64,000 nucleotides of DNA from Schmidtea polychroa. Lineage: Eukaryota. The notes beneath the pieces were generated by a model. The model was not told where the DNA came from. It ran no database searches and was given only the letters and a program-made list of their open reading frames with translations. The stretch lies in assembly GCA_044892525.1 (NCBI GenBank), contig CM097885.1, positions 52,330,001 to 52,394,000 on the forward strand, read 5' to 3'. The position numbers and the translations under genes are program-made. Of this stretch, positions 53,412 to 64,000 are shown in pieces (within the stretch, counting starts at the first letter, position 1; every line of letters starts with the position of its first letter).

Positions 53412-56227
53412 ACGTATTGTATAAGAATTGAATTTTTTGAATGACATGTTTACTAAGTTCGTTCTTTATCCTTTCCTCTTCCAGTTTCTCTTCCTTAAGA
53501 CTTGTCATACTCAAACTTGATAATTCCATTTCTGAGAAAGTTGACATCACCTATGTTTCGACACATTTTCAAGATACTGAAACTACTTCCAAAGTTACAT
53601 GTCATACAATGTAATGTCATATTAATAATTAATGATGCAAATATTTTAAAACTCCTATTAAATATCTGAATATTATTCAACAGAAATTTGTCTATTAACA
53701 TATCTTGGTGTTATATTTGTTTCTAAATATTATAAATCGTACTTTGCCCTTACGATCCTAAGGAGGAGGCATCTATTACATCTTATCCCTTATGCTGACA
53801 CCTATGTATAGATAATGTTGTTGAATGATTAATGTTCGAAGAATATTTGTAAATCATAAAATATTTGGAATACATTTTATAATATCACATGGACAAAGAT
53901 TAAATGAAAACAGTGGTTTTATTTAGATTTTCTTTATGTCATAGGTTACAAATGGGTACAATGCGGCTAATTCATGGGCTCTGGATAAATCATATGGAGC
54001 ATATCTAGTAAAACAAACATATTAAGGGTTGTCGCGAACCAGCCACGCTCTTTGAGCTATACTCACCAGAACACAGTGAAAAGTTTGATAATAAGAAAAA
54101 TTTGTGATACATCATTAGGGTGGTTTCAATAGCCTACTTTGAAAGCAGTTTTTCTATAGATTTTTACAGCTAAATTGAATAATTTACTGTCTAATGTGAT
54201 TAGGAGGAAATATATCTTTTAAAAATCTTGAAGCTCAAAAAAAAAGTACTCAAAATATTTGTGAATGGCATAAACATTATGTAATTTTTACAACGAAACA
54301 TTTAAACAATTAATTAACTAGGTAAGCTTATATAATTTTGTCTCCATACGTTTGTCTTTCAAAATAAATGATTGCAATTATCTCACATTCTTTGCCTACT
54401 GTTATTTGCAATTAAATAAACACCCTCCTAGCACTGAAACCCAAATTAAATGATTTTTGCAACTCATTTTTAGTAATAAAAATAATTATTATATTATATT
54501 ATTTGAGGTTGAATAAACATTTTTGAATTTGACGCACTTCAATGCAACTAAATCGTATTTAAAATATTTTTAATTAATATTTATAGAAATAAAAAATGAT
54601 TATTTTCCAGTAAATTAAAAGTGGAAATTTTATTTTTAATTAAAATTTATGAGAAAATGATTTATATCAGAGTTGAATGGATCAACTGACTTTCAAAATT
54701 AAATTAAATTCATAAAATATTTCATAGAAGTAAATGTTTCATAACGCTATTTAAATAAAACGTACATTAATAAAAAATAATAAACCGTTCAATTCATAGA
54801 AATGTTAAGAAATGGTAAAGAAAATATAGAAATGTTAAATTAAAAAATTTATTTTTAAACAAATTATTTAATCAACCAATCAAAAGCTTTCTAAGATTTA
54901 TTAAAAATGTCCATGAATTAATCTTTTGGATTATTTTTTATCGACATCTATAAATTTTCAATTTTTACTTATAACTTTTATCAATACTGACCTGGAGTTT
55001 TTGACAGTAAATAATAAAATATAACGATATTTTGATATTATTATATAGGTAATTCTTACTAATTTAAAATCAAAATAATAAATCAAATTCGATTAATAAT
55101 TTCATTGAAGAGAATTTATTTTTAAAATTAATTTAAAAAATTGAAATACCATAAATAATGATTGTAGCAATTGTAGCTGAATTTATTTATTATATTAAAT
55201 TATTTTATTTTTAAGATTTTCAATGTGAAAATCTGTTTATTCTCTTCACGCATCATTCAAATTTCAACAAATGTAAACTCACAAATCATCCTTACAAAAC
55301 TGTTGAGAATTTCTAAAATATTAAAATAAGAATAATTATTAGATTATTTAAAATTATTTCCTTTTAATTAATTAATGAAAAGCAAATTATAAATAAAGAA
55401 ATTCATTAAATAAATTAATTAACTTAATAAAGAATACATTGCTAATTCCAATCAATTTGTGCAAATTAAAAAGTTGGAATGTGGAAAATTAAAACAAATT
55501 TAATTGTTGAGTTATACAGACCTTTACTCTGAGCGTTCCAAGTCAAAGGACCCTGTGTGTATTACACAATCATAGGATCATTATTGTGTAACCAGTAAGT
55601 CTCATATAGTATGTATAACTACGTGATTACTATATAGTTACGTAATACAAGCTTTTTTTTTTAATAAAGTGGACTTCAAGAGGAATTTGAGGAATTTGAA
55701 CGACAGGTGACGAAAGCTATGATGTGAGAGTCAAGAAATGTCAGTGGGTAATCCTAAAGTTAAATATGTGTTGTCTGTGTGCGCACACAGGCGCGAGGCA
55801 ATGTTCTGTTGATTTAAAAGTATTTATTTTTTGATTTTTATAATTAGTTGAGTTTTGGAACTGCCAAGAAATTTTGTTTAAAACGAGTTGTATTTGTGGG
55901 TTTTTAAAAATATAAAATTTCTTTTAAGTTTCGTTTTTTCGTTTGTTATATGAAATGGTTTAACTCAAAGAATGGATAAGAATTTATTAGTATTGACAAA
56001 TATAAACGCAGTTATCTAAAGATATATTTTTTCATTTTAAATCTATCGCATCTGGCAATGTAATTTCAATAACTAATGAAGAAGTTCTTAACTGATGATA
56101 TCCGTAAAGATTTATATAGAAGTACAGCTTGGTTAGAAGTACAAGTGGTTAGACAATGTATCCTGGTGTTTCTGTTCAAATGCATATGTCAACTTTATTT
56201 CAAATTTCTATGAGAACTAAAGAGTCA

Positions 56228-56501
56228 GTGGTCGAGTGAGAGTCGATGAGAACTGTGAGAGTTGGACAGTTTTCGTCAATTTCTTTCAAATATCTCGAAC
56301 TTTTATATCACAGATACTGACCAGTTAAATTTCTTAGCAAGCCTCGTCAACTTTCACTCGAACACTGATATTTACAGACTATTAAATCACAGCATTCATC
56401 AAATATCATTCAAATTCCCCGACTTCCGTATCACAAGTATATCCAACTGACCACTTGAAGTCCCTAACTCTCACACCCCTCGTCGACTCTCACTCGACCA
56501 C
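56228..56501. repeat. Inverted-repeat element (MITE-like)
   Basis: GTGGTCGAGTGAGAGTCGA near 56228 and its reverse complement TCGACTCTCACTCGACCAC ending near 56501. No clear TSD. Confidence 0.6.
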
Positions 56502-57309
56502 ATATTTCCCTTGATTCTCGCATTATGACTCTTGTTAACTTTTATTATCTAATAAATCATTTAAATCAAGAAATCATAGCTGAGAAGAAAACCTAGGAGG
56601 TGGAGGTTTCATAGGCACATAAATTATATTTACTAAATTATTAAATAAATTTAGGATTTAAAAATAAAAATGAAATTTTTCAAGTTAAAAGAAAGTTACA
56701 TAAATGTTACGATTTTAATGTTTTTTATTGTCGAAAACGATCAAATAACTGTACATTATCTGTATTTATGACTTTATATTTCATCAAAACCATTAATTTC
56801 TTTTAAAGTATTTAATTTTCTGTTTTCTAGTGAAAGAAAATACAACAAATAAAATATTTATAAATTTTACTTGTTTTGTCGAAGTTGGTTTATTTGTGGA
56901 AGGTTGAAATATATTTTTGTAAATAATAGTCAGACAATATAAACACTGCAGTCACTATTTTGAAGTAAACGATTCAACTGAATTTAAATATTAATTCTAC
57001 TTTAGATAAATATATTTCTACTTAATTTTAAATTAGCTTTTATACGTCGTTGACAAGTAAAATAATAATAATAATAATTGTGATGTAATTATAATGGTAT
57101 ATTTGATTTCCCTAACCTTTACCCTATATTATGTAATGGCTGCATGTGTGATTTATTAATTTTTGATTGTATGGGTTCTCAAATTATGTCACTGATTATT
57201 ATTTCCCTAAAAGCTATTGCTGACTGTGTTGGTGTCGACACACCGGGTACTATAAATAGTACCACAATTTCTTAAATAAAGCTTTTGGAATTTATCAATT
57301 ATTCTTTAC

Positions 57310-58498
57310 ATGGCGATCACGCTTTCAACCCAGGAATTATTACGGATTCTCCCACAACCGAAAATATATTCAATTGGAGATGATTTGGAAGAATTTATTG
57401 AGAAGATTGAATCATACTTTTCAATTATTCAGCTAGACAATAGTCAAAGAAAAGTAATTGTTCGAGTTTATTTAGACGAAAATTGCCGCAACAAATATGA
57501 AAAAATTCCAGATGAAGAAAATTATGCGAAAAGGCTTACATTAGCATTCGAAGACAACTTTGATTTAACTAAGGATTTGGAAAAGTTGCTAAATTATCGA
57601 AAAGAAGAAGATGATGCAGAAACTTACATTAGTAAGATTGAGAAAGGTATTCAGAAAATCTTGAAGCACAAGCTAAAAATGTCAAATTTGATAACGTTCT
57701 TCTTAAAACATTGCCTTGATAATGAAGAAAAAAAACGTGAAATAAAAAGATATGAAATTACAGAAGATTTGCTGAAAGTAAAATTAAGAAGATTTAAGAA
57801 ATGATGGAGAGCCAGTACAAAAACGGTCCAATGGCAAATAAATATATTAAAAGAATTTTACAGAAAATGGATGAAGATAAATCCAAGATACAACAAGTTT
57901 CAGTCGTTGGAAATACCTCATACGCGTCAATTGTGAAAAACGGTCGATACAATAATAATGAGAAAAGAAATTATTATGGAAATCAGCGAAATCAAAGGGA
58001 AAACAGAAATGAATATTCAAAATTACAAAGAAATCGATTCCAAGAAGGACGAGCAAATTATCACAGAAATTTCAATAGAAATTTTAGTGAAAGACCTCAA
58101 AATAGAAACTGGTATCCAAATCGAAGTTCAGATCAATATTCAAAAGTGCAATGTTACGCGTGCCGTGAAATTGGTCATATTCATCGGGAATGTTCAAATA
58201 TTCGATGTTCGTGTTGTGGTAAGCAGGTCATTTAAGTTTTCTGTGTTTTCAAAAACAGAATCAGTACGAGATGAGATTGCAAAGAACTTCGAATCAAAAC
58301 CATGGGAATTTCAATCGATACAATAGAAATTCTAATCAAGAAAATGATCAAAATAATGGAGAAAACGTAGCTGCAGTATATGATGACGAACCGAACGACT
58401 ATGATGGACAATCAGAAATATCGGGAAATTCCAAAGCTCCAAACAGAGGGGATATGTTAGGAGCGATAAATCACATGCAAGCAATGATAATTTTTTGA
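57310..58498 (+). pseudogene. gag: Gag with CCHC zinc knuckles (frameshifted)
   Basis: CYACREIGHIHREC knuckle, plus a second knuckle CSCCGKQ/GHLSFLC broken by a frameshift. Confidence 0.8.
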
Positions 58499-61175
58499 GG
58501 ACCCTAAATGATGAATGTAATGATTGTTTGGTTGATTGTTTGTTTGATAATCTAAATGTTGATTTTTTCCCCAATCAAAAATTTGATTCTGATTTTTATT
58601 TAATTAATAATTGTAATACTGAACAAAATGAGAATAAATGTATATTTGTGAGTGATTGTGACACAAATGATTGTTTTTTAAATATATCTAATAAAAAATT
58701 AAAATTACCGAGTGTTAATTTTATTAAAGATATAGGATATTGTAATTTAGATGGTAGACCATTTAATAATGTTAAATTAAATAATGTGGCTTTTAATTCA
58801 TTATTTGACACAAGAGCAAAAATTAGTGTTTTTTCCCAATCGATTGCTGAAAAATTAATGAAGGAAATAGAAAGATATCTTGTGCAAACGTTAGTATGTT
58901 AAGGAGTTTAAGGAAAGTTTCTCTAAGTGTACAGTTTAACAATAAAGAAATAACTGGAGAATTTTTCGTTGCTAAGGAAATATACCCAGAAGTAATTGTA
59001 GGAATAGATATATTGAATTCTTTAAATATTAAGTTAGTTGAATTTTGTAATGAAAATTTGGTAATAATTTAAAATTGGTAATAATTTAAATTTATGAATG
59101 AAATATTGAAAATAGAAAAATGCAATCCGGTATATGAAATAGTTGTTGAATTCTCAGATATTTTTATGTATAATAAATGAGATATAGGAAAAACAGATAT
59201 TTTAAAGCACGGAATAGAAACTAATTGCAACCCAATACCAAATAAGCCGTGGCGACAACCAATGCATTATGAGGAAAAACTAGAGGAAAATAAAATTATA
59301 GAGAAATGCGAATCACCTTGGAATTCACCAATAGTATGTGTGCCAAAAAAGGGAACTTCTGAAATTCGGATGTGTTTGGATTTTAGGATTTTAAATTCAA
59401 ATACAGTTAGTCCAGCCTTTCCAGTTCCAAATGTTGATGAAATGCTCGATTCTTTGTATGGGGCCAAATATTTTTCGTCGATCGACTTAGGAAATGCCTA
59501 TTATCAAGTTGAATTGGATGAAGAGAGTAAATTGAAAACAGCATATTTTACAAGACAGGGCCAATTTTGTTTTAATAGAATACCTTTTGGAATAGCTGCC
59601 GCACCATCAACGCTTCAAAAACTTATGATATTAAAATTGGAGATATGATGTGGAATGGAGCATTAGTCTATTTAGATGACATATTGATCTTTTCGAAAAC
59701 TATTGAAGAACAAAAAGAAAGAATAAATAAACTTTTCCTTAGAATTAGGAAATCGGGACTAAAAATTAACCCTGAGAAATGCAAGTTCTTAGAATCTGAA
59801 TTAAAGTTTCTTGGACATATAATTAATGATAAAGGTATCAAAACAGATAATTTTAAGATTGAAACAATAAAAAATGTAAAGCAACCTAATTGTTTGAAAC
59901 ATCTTAGGAGTTTTAAGGACTGTGTAATTACTATAGAAAATCTATTCAAAACTACTCAAAAATAGCTAGGCCATTGGAATCTTTGATTGGAGGTAAAAAC
60001 AAAAGTATTATTTGTACATCACAATGTGAAAAAGCTTTTGACGAGTTAAAACATAGTTTGATCAGTCCACCTTTACTATGCCATCCAGATTTTAATAAAA
60101 CGTTCATTCTAGATACCGATGCTAGTTTTGATTGTATTGGCGCTGTTTTATCGCAAAGAGATGACAATAATGAAAAAAAAATAATCGCATATGGGTCATA
60201 AAGTATGAATAAACATGAAATTGGGTACTGCATAACAAAGAAGGAATTATTGTCTGTTTTCCATTTTGCTCAGCATTTTAAACATTATCTCTACGGGAAA
60301 AAATTTATTTTAAGAACTGATCATAAGGCAATCACATTTATGTTAACTACTTAAAAACCAAATACCGCTCAGTTTCAAAATTGGATAATTTTTTTAAGTA
60401 GTTTGGACTTGAAATTAGAATATCGCAAAGGTGAGAAACACAATAATGCCGACGCACTATAACGACTTAAATTGCACACAATATCAGATGAATCATATTG
60501 ATGCTAAAGCAGAAAAATTAAAACTAAAATTTTAGCAATGTCAACCATCTGAAAAAATATATATTGATTTTTGTGGAACCTTTAAAATGACACCATCTGG
60601 GAAAAGATATTCGATGGCTATAATAGATCATTTTAGTAAATATATAGTATTAAAAGCTGTAAGAACACAAGAAGAAAAGGTATTAATTGATAATGTGAAA
60701 AGTTCGTGGATATTGAAGTTTGGACCGCCAAAGGAAATTCATATTGATAAAGGAAAATGTTTCGAATCACAAGTTTTTAAAATATGGCAGTAAAGTATCA
60801 CTTGAAAATAGTTTATTCAAGCCCTTATCATCGTCAATCTAATGGACAATTTGAAAGACAATTTAGAACGCTAAGAGACTGGATTTCATGCTTTCTGGAA
60901 GAAAAACAATTTAAAACATAGGAAGAAGCATTGCCTCATATAGAATTTGCAATGAATTCAACAATGCAGTCAAGTATAAAAGTAAGTCCTGTTGAAGAAA
61001 ATTATGGAAGAAAATTTTGCAAAGAGCGTTTTACTAGTGGTCCAGAAATTGATACTAAAGAATCAAAGAAGCATGAAATAGCATTGAATATTAAATCATT
61101 GAACCGTATAAATAATTATAATCAAGAAAACCGAATACATAGATCTTTCAGAGTCGGTGAATTGGTGCTAGTCAT
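58495..61175 (+). pseudogene. pol: Pol: protease, reverse transcriptase, RNase H and integrase, with multiple stops and frameshifts
   Basis: LFDTRA (protease DTG mutated), SPWNSP, CLDFR, IDLGNAYYQ, PFG, YLDD, TDAS..IGAVL, TDHKA, IDHFSKY, SPYHRQSNGQFER, FRVGELVLV. Confidence 0.9.
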
Positions 61176-61857
61176 CCTTGAAACAAGCAGAAACAAGCAG
61201 ATATCAGAAACAAGCAAGATAACAGGTATTGCTGACCTTTTGAAATAATGGAAAAATTTAATAAAAATAGTTGTAATAAGCATTGTATATTCACCAAGCA
61301 GAGTGTTGAATTTATTGCCAGTGTAAAGAGAAAGATTATTTGTGATTATCAATAAAGATTTCTGTTGTCAAATGTTATTTGTGAATCGGTTCAAGACACG
61401 CTTGGAGTCAGAGTAACATTTAAAATTATCACCAACTCAATAACCCAACACTTAGTAGACGTAACCAGTTAGACCAGCAGTTGTACTGTAATTTAAGTTT
61501 AACAGACAGTGAGAAACTGACACTGGTAAGTTTATATAATTATGTAAACTTTTTGCAAATTTTCAGCCCCCATCTTATTCTTTACATAGAATATTTGATA
61601 TTTATTGTTCATTGGGATGATGCTGTAATAAGTTAATAGGTGTCTAGCTCTTTAAGATATTGTTAATACATGCATAATTACAATACATCATATAAATGCA
61701 ACATGCGAATTGCGAGACAACTTTCCCAACAAATTTAACGGATTGGTAAACCTTTAAAGCTCGAGGGCCACCTTTAATTTTATTTCTGTAAGTAGAATAC
61801 ATTAGAGTGGTGCCAGAAGATCATTTCAAACTTTCATTTTTAAGGATCACTCTATTA

Positions 61858-62505
61858 CAGTGTTTCTCAACCCAAAAAGCAGTACGGACCGTAAATAATC
61901 TCAATTTTTTTTCACGACCCGTAAATTCAGTTTGACTTTACAATCTAATAAAATTAATAATTTAAAAAATATTTATTATAAAAGGATCAACAATAACGAA
62001 ATCAGAACAATTAGAAACATAATTTTATAAATTAATGTGATTGTTGTTGCTCTTTCTCTCGTACCAGTTTGTCTATTCTTGGTTTTAAAGAAGTGATAGC
62101 AAGTCGCAAAGCAGGGCCAGTAAATAACCTGTTTCTTTGCTCCGTTTTAATAATTGACATTGCTGAAAATGCTGATTCACACAAGTAAGTTGTAGAAAAG
62201 GGTAATAAAATGTGAATGGCAATTTTGCTGAGGGCTGGATATTCCTCCTTGACTTTTATCCAAAACTATGTAATGCTCATTGAGTTAAACATTGATTTCA
62301 ATCCCATATCTGATGATAACTCAATCAATTTTTCTGCTTGTGTGTTTGAAAGGTTGTTTTGTTGGTGATCAAGAAATGGATTGGATATCCACATGTTTCC
62401 AAATCGAACATCGTCATTAGGTGGATAGTAGCTGTCAAACATTTGAGCAAGCACTTCTAAATGTTGAGTGATACAAGAAACAACATTATCCAAATTCAAG
62501 TCAAA
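61858..62505 (-). mobile_element. 3' end of a hAT Charlie/Buster-type element with the transposase C-terminus
   Basis: Terminus CAGTGTTTCTCAACC at 61858. Peptide WISNPF...LIELSSD...*FWIKVKEEYPALSKIAIHILLPFSTTYLCESAFSAMSIIKTEQRNRL...QQSH*. Confidence 0.85.
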
Positions 62506-63286
62506 AGAATCTAAACTACAACACAAAAATAAAGTAATTTTTTCTTTGATCTTTTAAGCTTCATTACAACTGTCACTTTTCTCAACTAAAGATTTCGATG
62601 GAAGATTTTTTATAAATAACGCTGTTTCATCACAATTAAATATGTTACGTTGTCCATATTCTAAAAGTATTAATCATGTACAAAGTAAAATTCATCTAAA
62701 CCCGATTTCTCTGCAGATTTGGTTCACCACAGATGTTTTTGAGCAACTTATGTCTTAATTTAAATCTATCTAACCAACCGTTATATGCACAAAAGTATTT
62801 AATAGATATTTTTGAAGCCAATTTTTTTCCAATCATTTTAAATACTGTTCCATTTACACAAATATCATCTTCTCTTAATTTTAAAAAAAGTTTCGTATAC
62901 TATTTTATTTAAATCACTAAAATTGTTTAATAAATTATTATTTACCTTTCTTCATCAGGAATGTTTTTTACTAAAAGTGAAACAATATTTTTTCGAATTC
63001 TTGAAATAGTTCTTTTACTAGTTTGATAATTAATACAAACATTCTTTTCTGACATCTTTCTTTCTTTTAGAAATTTTTCAATTTGTAATCTTTGTAAAAA
63101 AAATTCAAAAAATACATTATTTTAAACAAATAAAAATTAAAAAAAAACACCAAAAAAAATAATTTTTAATTTTTTAAAATAAATACTCCAAAATGAGGTT
63201 CTTTAAAATCATGACATAAAATAGAAAAATCGGCTTTTTTAATTTTTACCCAAAAACAAGGATGTTCCCGAAACTGGGTTCGACTG
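62506..63286 (-). mobile_element. 5' part of a decayed Tigger/pogo (CENP-B-like) transposon
   Basis: Terminus TA|CAGTCGAACCCAGTTTCGGGAAC on the minus strand from 63286. Peptides NGWLDRFKLRH, NIFNCDETALF and KEKITLFLCCS. Confidence 0.8.
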
Positions 63287-63956
63287 TATAACAAAATATA
63301 ATAAATATAATTTATAATTACATTTTACAAATTTTATCATTTTAAAATGGTGATTTTAAATTCGAAATCCTGAAATTATAAAATCCTATCTAAAAAGAGT
63401 TTTTGTCATTTATGAATCATTCCAAAAAGTCTAATTTTACATTTATAATTTCAACCACATATCGAATTTATTTTTATTAAAACTACCATAAAATAGCTTA
63501 AATTTACAATGGAATTTTTTTATTTATTAAGTATCATTTTTGACCCCAAACTCAGTATGAGTGTAAATAAAATTATTATATTTTGTTATTAATTTATATT
63601 AATAATAATGATTACTAAACGCCTTTATTAAAAAATATTGAATGAGTTCATAAATAAAGCTCAATGCAGCTTAATTATGGACTGATTTGATATAAAAAAT
63701 AATTTAATATATTAAAAGATAAGATTAAAATCTGCAAAATATATTTCAACAAAATTTCTTTCACCAATAAATCCATTTAAAACCAATTAAGGATTTACAA
63801 TTTCTAAAATTATTTTAATTGACTTCTTTGATGTAAAAAAATTGATGATCCAGACAAATGAGAAATTAATATTTGTTAATGTAACATCATTTTAGAATTG
63901 ACTAAAATTAAACAAAATTTTGTTGTTTACATATTTTATTCGGAATAATAATAATA

Positions 63957-63965
63957 TAAATAATG

Positions 63966-64000
<35 letters not shown>
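63957..64000. repeat. (AAT)n microsatellite
   Basis: AAT run continuing to the window end. Confidence 0.95.

Larger units (their letters stand above)
57227..61450 (+). mobile_element. Decayed Ty3/Gypsy LTR retrotransposon
   Basis: Domain order gag-PR-RT-RNaseH-IN. Ends in an LTR-type ...CCCAACA shared with two other remnants. No matching 5' LTR is seen, so the 5' boundary is tentative. Confidence 0.88.

Overview
Very AT-rich eukaryotic (probably invertebrate) genomic DNA made up almost entirely of mobile elements and microsatellites, with no clearly intact host gene. The main feature is an 8551-bp Polinton/Maverick-like element (15277-23827) with 5'-AGTAG...CTACT-3' ends, a perfect 6-bp target-site duplication (ATCTAA) and about 1.95-kb inverted arms. 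The arms extend about 0.8 kb into the polymerase gene. Its only recognisable gene is a protein-primed family-B DNA polymerase (pPolB); no integrase, capsid, ATPase or maturation protease is visible. The 5' end of that gene appears to be split by three phase-1 GT-AG introns, and the copy here is inactivated by three in-frame stops and one frameshift. The right end of a second, related element occupies 1-2853. The rest comprises a near-complete hAT transposon (34640-38626, 8-bp TSD), several MITEs with clean TSDs (hAT, piggyBac and Tc1/mariner types), decayed hAT, MULE, piggyBac and Tigger transposases, a decayed Ty3/Gypsy element (about 57.2-61.45 kb) and related LTR remnants. All calls come from reading the sequence; no database searches were run.
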